DNA from: an uncultured Candidatus Saccharibacteria bacterium
Lineage (GTDB): Bacteria; Patescibacteriota; Minisyncoccia; Phycocordibacterales; UBA5272
Reading direction: 5' to 3'
NCBI GenBank assembly: GCA_964621595.1
Contig: CAZUPO010000001.1
Location: 142,758-206,757 of the forward strand
Length of the DNA stretch: 64,000 nucleotides
Made by a program: the position numbers and the translations under genes. This document shows, in pieces, positions 58,126 through 64,000 of the stretch (within the stretch, counting starts at the first letter, position 1; the number at the start of each line of letters is the position of its first letter). The notes beneath the pieces are model-generated. The model was not told where the DNA came from. It ran no database searches and saw only the letters and a program-made list of their open reading frames with translations.

Positions 58126-58575
58126 TTAGCGAGTTACAGAGATAGTAGCACCTTGCTCTGGGAACTGTGCAGTTACCGTGATGCGGCCGTTCGCTGAACG
58201 ACTGATTTGGTACCCTACACCGTTAGCATTTGTCTTCTGTGGTTCAGTTGGGATCGCTGTAATGTACTTCTCATTAAGAGTAAGTACTGAGAGGTCTACA
58301 AGACCAGCACAAGATGAAGCCCCTGTTGCACAGATTTCTGTTGATGTTGCAGTTACTGACGCTGGAAGTACTCCATTGTTATCAAGAGAGTATTGGTACG
58401 CAGCGTTAAGGATGGTAGTAACATCAGAACGACGTTGTGCGTTACGAGTGTCACCAAGTTGCTTACCTGGGTTAATCGCAACAATCACAATACCAGCCAA
58501 GATTGCAATAGCAGCAACCACGAGAAGGATTTCAATAAGGGTGAATCCCTTCTGACTACGAAGTAGTTTTTTCAT
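58126..58575 (-). CDS. type IV pilin (prepilin-type N-terminal cleavage/methylation domain), PilA-like
   Basis: Product MKKLLRSQKGFTLIEILLVVAAIAILAGIV has Gly-1/Glu+5 and a C-terminal Cys pair. Confidence 0.8.
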   Translation of the reverse strand: MKKLLRSQKGFTLIEILLVVAAIAILAGIVIVAINPGKQLGDTRNAQRRSDVTTILNAAYQYSLDNNGVLPASVTATSTEICATGASSCAGLVDLSVLTLNEKYITAIPTEPQKTNANGVGYQISRSANGRITVTAQFPEQGATISVTR

Positions 58576-58668
58576 AGAAATTATTAACGTAAAAACAATT
58601 AGATACTAATAAGTTTGGTAATTATGCATAATAACCTACCTCTTTTAGTATATCAAATAGAAAAGGCT

Positions 58669-59082
58669 TTAGAAGTCTGGAATATCTTGCCAAGAGGATA
58701 ACTGTATCAGCGGCGAAGTGGTCGCCACAATAACTCTTATTTTGCTTACCGTTTCTGAAGATGTACCTGAGACAGTTATGATTCTTTGACCACTACTAGA
58801 GGCAATCGTATAGCCGCACGTAGAAGATCCGTATGAGAGAGATCCAAACGAGGTGGTGGTTCCCGTCTCACGAATTTTTTGAAGGGCTTCTTCAACACAT
58901 GATGTGGCAACTTGTCTCGCCTGGTTTGATTGCATAAGTTGGAGGTCACTTTTAGTAAGACTAATACCTAAAAGAACAATGGAGAATGTAATCACACCCC
59001 CAATCACACTTAACCCAATAACAGAAAATAATGCTGCATAACCTCGTGGGCTCGATATATAATTTATAGGAAATATATTCAT
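58669..59082 (-). CDS. pilus-associated minor component (PilX-like?), membrane anchored
   Basis: An N-terminal TM followed by ARQVATSCVEEALQKIRE, resembling the PilX N-terminal domain. No canonical GFTLIE motif. Confidence 0.4.
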   Translation of the reverse strand: MNIFPINYISSPRGYAALFSVIGLSVIGGVITFSIVLLGISLTKSDLQLMQSNQARQVATSCVEEALQKIRETGTTTSFGSLSYGSSTCGYTIASSSGQRIITVSGTSSETVSKIRVIVATTSPLIQLSSWQDIPDF

Positions 59083-59085
59083 ACT

Positions 59086-59604
59086 CTATGGAACAAATGT
59101 TGCACTGCCTACAAATGATTTTGAATAAGAGTACTCTTGTCTACTTGTGCTTGTAGCAAATGATAACGTGAAAGAAACCCTCACAACTCCTTGTGTTGAT
59201 CCAATCGGAGAAATATTTTGAAATGTAGGAGCGCTGATTGTTACATGGGAATTGGTAAGACGTATAGGGGTACTTGTTCCCTCTTGTATATAAAGAGCAG
59301 AAGAGGAAGCAAAAAATACTGTTGGGTTTAGAATACCATTCGATGTTTGTATAACTAGTGTCGATGACGCAACAACAGGTTCAGGTGTTACCACGCTTTC
59401 TGCATTCCGTATAGTTTGTGTGATTAATTGCATGATCTGTAAACCTTGCTGATCAACCTCAGCAACAGTTTGCTGCCGAGTTCTTGATTCGAGAACTAAA
59501 AATACAGAGAACACGATGGCCAGCAACAATGTTGAGGAAACGAACACATAAAGTATTAGTTCCATTAATGTGAATCCTTTGCATGAATAAGTACGTTTCT
59601 TCAT
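59086..59604 (-). CDS. minor pseudopilin (prepilin-type N-terminal domain)
   Basis: Product MKKRTYSCKGFTLMELILYVFVSSTLL. Start chosen at the prepilin leader; the track ORF extends to 59688. Confidence 0.6.
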   Translation of the reverse strand: MKKRTYSCKGFTLMELILYVFVSSTLLLAIVFSVFLVLESRTRQQTVAEVDQQGLQIMQLITQTIRNAESVVTPEPVVASSTLVIQTSNGILNPTVFFASSSALYIQEGTSTPIRLTNSHVTISAPTFQNISPIGSTQGVVRVSFTLSFATSTSRQEYSYSKSFVGSATFVP

Positions 59605-59614
59605 AGATACTATT

Positions 59615-61915
59615 TTACTGTCGCCAGAAAGAAAACGAGAGTGGAGAGGAAATAATCTGTGGGAGCGTTGTTTCAAGTGCTCCACCATCTGAGTTTGACC
59701 AGACTGGTGTTGATAAGCCAGACATTATAAGACGTTTTGCATATAAATCACTTGCATTATCTGAAGTTGTAAACATCAACTGATCAGTGCTGTTTGGATC
59801 CATTTGAATATCCATGTAACCATGCGTTGGAAGCATAGAAGGGACGGCTACGAAATCTGTTTGCAGAGTAAAGACCCCCTGGTTACCAGTGTACCAACTA
59901 ATCCCACCGCCAGTACTATCAGAATACACCACCACTGACCGTGTTGTAGTACCGCTCGTAAGCCAGCCTGTAGTAACAAGTTTTGACCCAACGAATGGAG
60001 TTCCACACGACGTGTCTGCGTTTGCTGTGTTCGTCCATGTAGACCCGCTCCAATATCCCATCTGCAAGTCGCTTCCAGAGTTACCAATAGATGCAAATAC
60101 CATCTCATCACTAAGTGGGTTTGAAGAGAGGTCTAAATTTGTTGCATCATCAAGAAATGTTGGTGGAGTAGTCACTGAACCCCACGTGCACGTTGCCGTA
60201 CCTCCTGTACATGTACGATAACGAACCCCATTTGTTCCGTTTGTTCCACTACTATTAGCCCATACAAGCATTAAATCACCAGAGAGGGACTCGAATTCGA
60301 TGTCCATATTTTCTACATCATGTCCGGAAGAAATTCTCTCAACGTTTGCATCTGTTACAGCACTTGGCTCGTTCACCCAAGCATTACCATTCCACAATGC
60401 AACGGATATGTCATCACTTGTGTCGACCCATGTCATAGCCAAAAGACTTGAAGTAACCCTTCTATCCTCAGCAAGACGTACATACATAATATCATTTGAT
60501 GTTCGAGCAGGATCAAACAAAGACTCATTAGACCAACCAGAACCACACCCAGTGTCTCCGGTTTTCGTTCTATAACCAAGTTGACTAAAAACATGTGCAC
60601 CTTTACTAAACACAACCATTGCATCCCCTGTACTTTTTTCAAATGCGATATCAAAACGATGCCTGTTGCCAACCCCCCCTGAAGCAGCTGTAAATTCTTG
60701 ATACCAAGTAGCACCGTCAAAACACATTATCGTCAGTGTGCCCGTCGAATCATAATAGCCTGCAAGAGCAAGGTGCCGGCTTGGGGAAGTACGAATAATC
60801 CAGGTTGGGCCGACGGTAGCAATAAATGTCTGCGTCTCAGCACTGAATTGATCAGTGGAATTATTATATGTACGATATTTTGGAATATTTGAACCATCAC
60901 CATAAATAATAAGACCAGAGAGAGAGGATCCTCCATTTTGAACAATTTCTTCATTGGTAATTGTACATATTTTATTCTCTCCGGAATTAATAGAAATAGT
61001 TCCATTAGTAAAGCAATCTCCGCTGTAAGTTGTAGCATACTGCGAACTTGTGGCCTCGCTTACTGTGTAAGTGCCAGAATTGATTGTTGTGGTTGCTCCC
61101 GGAGTAACGACATTAGTACCTACACGATATGGAGCAAAATCATTTATTGTCTTAGAAAGGGTATGATTGATAACGTTTTTATATATAGTGATATATGAAA
61201 TTTTTTCTTCATTAGTTATAGTACACGTCTTACTGCTTGAGGTAGCAGAAATAGTTACCTGGCCAGCACTGGTACAGTCACCACTGAAAGTTTGATTATA
61301 GCGAGAATCGCTTGTTTCACTTACTATGTATGTTCCTGTGGGGAAAATTGTAGAACTTGCGAGAGTTACGGTTGTTGTACCAACCTTAAATGGACCAAAA
61401 TCGCTTGCGACACGAGTAAGACCGTGATTAATTACAATCTTGTTTACTAGAATACCAACACCTGGGTTCAGAGAATAATCTTGCCAATTAGTAAAACGGT
61501 TGGTAAGCACGAAGGTGCCAGTACGACCAGTTTTTTGTGGCCAAGTAACCATAACAGAGACATCTTTTCTGTCAGTATCAATGGAAGTAATGGTAACTTG
61601 TCGTGTAAAAATCCCCTGTACATCATTCGCACCCTGCAGTAGCCACTGTCCGCTAGTAAAAACAAGTCCATAGGTACCGTCAGCAAGCGTTGCAAAATTA
61701 ATGTCTCGTATGCTTCGCACAGCACTTAACCCTTCTTCTGCAATAAGCCCAGCACGAACCCTATCGCCAGAGAGGGTGGTACTTTCTTGACCATAAATAT
61801 AAGCACTAATAAACGCAGTTGAGAGTATAACAAACAGAGCAGCAGAAAGGACTACTTCTACGAGAAGAAATCCCTCGTTAGTAGTCGACCATGCCTTTTT
61901 GATTGATGATAACAT
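59615..61915 (-). CDS. large pilin-like protein (766 aa): prepilin-type N-terminus plus repeated beta-rich extracellular domains; putative pilus tip or adhesin
   Basis: The N-terminus ...NEGFLLVEVVLSAALFVIL is a prepilin TM with Glu+5. There are two tandem roughly 85-aa repeats (…NH(G/T)L(T/S)…GDC(T/F)…TCTITNEE). It is Thr/Ser-rich. It overlaps the upstream pseudopilin gene by about 38 nt. Confidence 0.6.
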   Translation of the reverse strand: MLSSIKKAWSTTNEGFLLVEVVLSAALFVILSTAFISAYIYGQESTTLSGDRVRAGLIAEEGLSAVRSIRDINFATLADGTYGLVFTSGQWLLQGANDVQGIFTRQVTITSIDTDRKDVSVMVTWPQKTGRTGTFVLTNRFTNWQDYSLNPGVGILVNKIVINHGLTRVASDFGPFKVGTTTVTLASSTIFPTGTYIVSETSDSRYNQTFSGDCTSAGQVTISATSSSKTCTITNEEKISYITIYKNVINHTLSKTINDFAPYRVGTNVVTPGATTTINSGTYTVSEATSSQYATTYSGDCFTNGTISINSGENKICTITNEEIVQNGGSSLSGLIIYGDGSNIPKYRTYNNSTDQFSAETQTFIATVGPTWIIRTSPSRHLALAGYYDSTGTLTIMCFDGATWYQEFTAASGGVGNRHRFDIAFEKSTGDAMVVFSKGAHVFSQLGYRTKTGDTGCGSGWSNESLFDPARTSNDIMYVRLAEDRRVTSSLLAMTWVDTSDDISVALWNGNAWVNEPSAVTDANVERISSGHDVENMDIEFESLSGDLMLVWANSSGTNGTNGVRYRTCTGGTATCTWGSVTTPPTFLDDATNLDLSSNPLSDEMVFASIGNSGSDLQMGYWSGSTWTNTANADTSCGTPFVGSKLVTTGWLTSGTTTRSVVVYSDSTGGGISWYTGNQGVFTLQTDFVAVPSMLPTHGYMDIQMDPNSTDQLMFTTSDNASDLYAKRLIMSGLSTPVWSNSDGGALETTLPQIISSPLSFSFWRQ

Positions 61916-62315
61916 TGCGTGTTTGATTTTCTAGGCCAGTTAAAGTAATCGTACCAGCCGCACTTGGAAGTCCATATAGTTTTGAAAAGGTAACCTCAGA
62001 CAATCCCGATACTATAATGTTCGTCGGAGTTCGTGTTTCTTCGTCAGAAGAGACATCTCGCGATATGTAACTATTCCCCTTGAAAATAAGTATACTCCCA
62101 TTTCCAACATAAACCCCCCATGGAGTATCCCCACTCCCTGTTTGGGAGAGAAGTTGCGCTCTTCGGAGGGACTGGACCAGGGTAATCATTGACACGTCAA
62201 GATCATTGCGTATTTGTAACATTCGATACGAAGGCACGGTCATTGCAAGAATGATTCCAAGGCAGGCCACAGAGAGTAACATTTCTATGAGTGTGAATCC
62301 TTGTCTATACTTCAT
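61878..62315 (-). CDS. pseudopilin (prepilin-type N-terminal cleavage/methylation domain)
   Basis: Product MKYRQGFTLIEMLLSVACLGIILAMTV. Confidence 0.7.
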   Translation of the reverse strand: MKYRQGFTLIEMLLSVACLGIILAMTVPSYRMLQIRNDLDVSMITLVQSLRRAQLLSQTGSGDTPWGVYVGNGSILIFKGNSYISRDVSSDEETRTPTNIIVSGLSEVTFSKLYGLPSAAGTITLTGLENQTRNVIINQKGMVDY

Positions 62316-62318
62316 AAC

Positions 62319-63707
62319 TTAGAATGTATTAAGATCACCAACGAGACTATAGATAGGAAGAATCACCGCGAACGCAACTGACACCACCCCGGCCCATACG
62401 ATAACAAGAAGAATAGGCTCCATGATGATGGTGAGATTTTTTGTTGTCTGATCAGATTTAGCCTCAAGTACCTGACCTATTTTGATAAGTGTTTTAGTAA
62501 GATTACCAGACTGCTCTCCAGAGATAACAAGTTGCTGAATCGGTATTGGTATTAGTTTTTCCATTGTCTTATAATTAGTAAAACTTTTTTGGAATGAGTT
62601 ACCAAGTTCAATAGAATCTCGGAGATAGGCGTAGAATTTTTTATAACGCAACACCTCTGATGCACCTTCGAGGGAATCTATCGCGCGGGTAACTGGAAGG
62701 CCTGCTTCAAGAAGTGTTCCGAGTAGATAACCAAAACGTGCGAGTTCTACCTCCGCCATCAGTGTTTTTATTCCAGGTATGGAGAATATAACTGCTTCAC
62801 CAATAAATTTTGTCCTTTTAAGGCCAAAGACTACATAAAATATAGCGAGCACAATGGTTGTACCAAGCGGAACAGCCCAAAGTCCATTTTGATTTAAGAA
62901 CAATCCAAATGACATAAGTATTCGTGTCACAAGTGGTAACGTCAATTTTAGATCGATGAAAATTTTTGCCAACTTCGGAAGAATGAACCAGGAAATTCCA
63001 ATACCAACAACAGCAGTAAGTACAAGTACAAACACGGGATACATAAGTGCTGACTTTACTTTAGAACGAAATTCTCGATCTTTTTCTTCCTGAAGAGCAA
63101 CTACTTTTAGATTCTCCGCAAATTTACCAGACTCTTCCCCGATACGAATAAGCGAAATAGTATATCCACGAAACATTCCTGTTCGTTCAAATGATTTCCA
63201 AAGAGGTGACCCTCCTTCTATTTCTGCGAGGACTCCTTCAAGAATTTTTTTCATTCGAGGATTTCTTTCTTCGATGACAATAGAAGTAAGAGCGCCAACG
63301 AGTGGCATACCTGAGAGCACGAGCATACTCAGATTTTCTATGAAATGATCCCGGTCTTTCGAGAGACCGAAGCGATCGAAATATGAGAGTTTTTTGAGAC
63401 CTAAACTTTTTGGAACAACTGGCGTTGCTACAACTGGTGCAGATGGTCCAGAAGAAGATGCTTTCGATGCATTGACTGATTCTTCGTTGGTGACACGAGA
63501 AGTACTTTTCTTACTACTAGCAACTGGCATCTCTCCCCCTTTTTCTGGTTGAGTGTTTGTACTTTTTGCACGAGAAAAAAGTTTACCCATCATTCCTGGC
63601 TTTTTCTCAACTGGAGCGCTGACATTCTGTTCTTCTTGGGGTGTGGTCGTTTCTTCTTTCGTTTCTTTAATTGCCTTTTTTGGTTTTGGTTTACTTACTT
63701 TTGGCAT
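62319..63707 (-). CDS. pilC: type IV pilus assembly platform protein PilC (GspF family) with a roughly 100-aa low-complexity N-terminal extension
   Basis: Two GspF-type domains and 3 TM. The N-terminal Lys/Ser/Pro-rich disordered region is unusual. Confidence 0.85.
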   Translation of the reverse strand: MPKVSKPKPKKAIKETKEETTTPQEEQNVSAPVEKKPGMMGKLFSRAKSTNTQPEKGGEMPVASSKKSTSRVTNEESVNASKASSSGPSAPVVATPVVPKSLGLKKLSYFDRFGLSKDRDHFIENLSMLVLSGMPLVGALTSIVIEERNPRMKKILEGVLAEIEGGSPLWKSFERTGMFRGYTISLIRIGEESGKFAENLKVVALQEEKDREFRSKVKSALMYPVFVLVLTAVVGIGISWFILPKLAKIFIDLKLTLPLVTRILMSFGLFLNQNGLWAVPLGTTIVLAIFYVVFGLKRTKFIGEAVIFSIPGIKTLMAEVELARFGYLLGTLLEAGLPVTRAIDSLEGASEVLRYKKFYAYLRDSIELGNSFQKSFTNYKTMEKLIPIPIQQLVISGEQSGNLTKTLIKIGQVLEAKSDQTTKNLTIIMEPILLVIVWAGVVSVAFAVILPIYSLVGDLNTF

Positions 63708-64000
63708 TGGTCTTTGCTGGTTTCTTCTTAGATTCTTTTACATTTTTGACACTGCCAGATTTCGTAGGGACATCCATCAGTCGATCAGGAGGAGGAGCGA
63801 TACGGACAAGTTCTTCGATAGTTGTCACCCCTCGCATCACTTTATCAAGCCCGTCTTCAAACACACTCTTAGCCCCTTCTTGGCGAGCGAGAGTCCATAT
63901 CTCTGCAGCAGATGGGCGCTTCACAATGAGTTCTTGCAAACTTGGGGTGATCTTAATCACTTCGTAAATAGATGTTCTTCCTTTGTATCCGGTAAAACCA
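63691..64000 (-). CDS. pilB: type IV pilus assembly ATPase PilB/GspE, C-terminal part (5' portion beyond the window end)
   Basis: The C-terminal GspE-family sequence (…KITPSLQELIVKRPSAAEIWTLARQEGAKSVFEDGLDKVMRGVTTIEELVRI…) is followed by a Lys-rich tail. The frame is open to the window edge. Confidence 0.7.
   Translation of the reverse strand, partial: GFTGYKGRTSIYEVIKITPSLQELIVKRPSAAEIWTLARQEGAKSVFEDGLDKVMRGVTTIEELVRIAPPPDRLMDVPTKSGSVKNVKESKKKPAKTNAKSK

Noticed and set aside
59848-61198. Several 85-110-aa ORFs inside and antisense to the 766-aa pilin-like gene.
   Set aside because: They are internal to the long ORF, which has a coherent prepilin N-terminus and repeat structure.

Overview
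This is a 64-kb, AT-rich chromosomal window with a compact, housekeeping-dominated layout. The gene content is consistent with a reduced-genome bacterium and tentatively resembles Patescibacteria/CPR: split transketolase, short S1 protein, type IV pilus genes. That assignment is inference only.

Core content by coordinate:
- 0.3-6.8 kb: complete F1Fo ATP synthase operon, atpB-E-F-H-A-G-D-C, on the minus strand.
- 6.8-11.3 kb: yciB-like septation protein, a redox/metal set (DsbA-like, SIMPL, Bcp, ZIP) and mnmA.
- 12.9-19.9 kb: uvrB, pirin, tgt, malic enzyme.
- 21.4-28.3 kb: pentose-phosphate/glycolysis block (fba, pfkB-family kinase, split tkt, rpe, rpiB, gap) and rdgB.
- 28.3-30.2 kb: tRNA-Trp(CCA), rpmG, glyQS.
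- 37.7-40.1 kb: gyrA.
- 41.9-52.1 kb: rpsA, pth, lepB, hisS, rpsU, ybeY, ftsA, ftsZ, trxB.
- 52.2-57.2 kb: an ABC exporter, NRAMP transporter and an XRE-HTH::MurA fusion.
- 57.3-64.0 kb: a type IV pilus cluster with an orphan histidine kinase, PilA-like pilin, three pseudopilins, a 766-aa pilin-like giant protein, PilC and the 3' end of PilB.

Features that stand out against this background:
1. Several GC3-rich single-gene cassettes, each with a GGAGG-type ribosome-binding site and its own GC-rich intrinsic terminator, sit between AT-rich core genes.
   - They encode small membrane peptides, a Mesh1-like small alarmone hydrolase, a 171-aa basic protein and a repeat-containing membrane protein.
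2. Two GC-rich, hairpin-dense noncoding loci (about 12.5-12.9 kb and 41.5-41.8 kb) are candidate structured RNAs.
   - Possible identities are RNase P, tmRNA or 6S; none could be confirmed by eye.
3. A run of secreted proteins with signal peptide plus transmembrane-hairpin topology (30.2-34.4 kb) resembles VirB2/TrbC and VirB6 proteins.
4. Intergenic TAG-containing heptad tandem arrays recur at six loci.
5. A conserved roughly 55-nt palindromic intergenic element occurs in two inverted copies.

No CRISPR array, integrase or transposase was seen.
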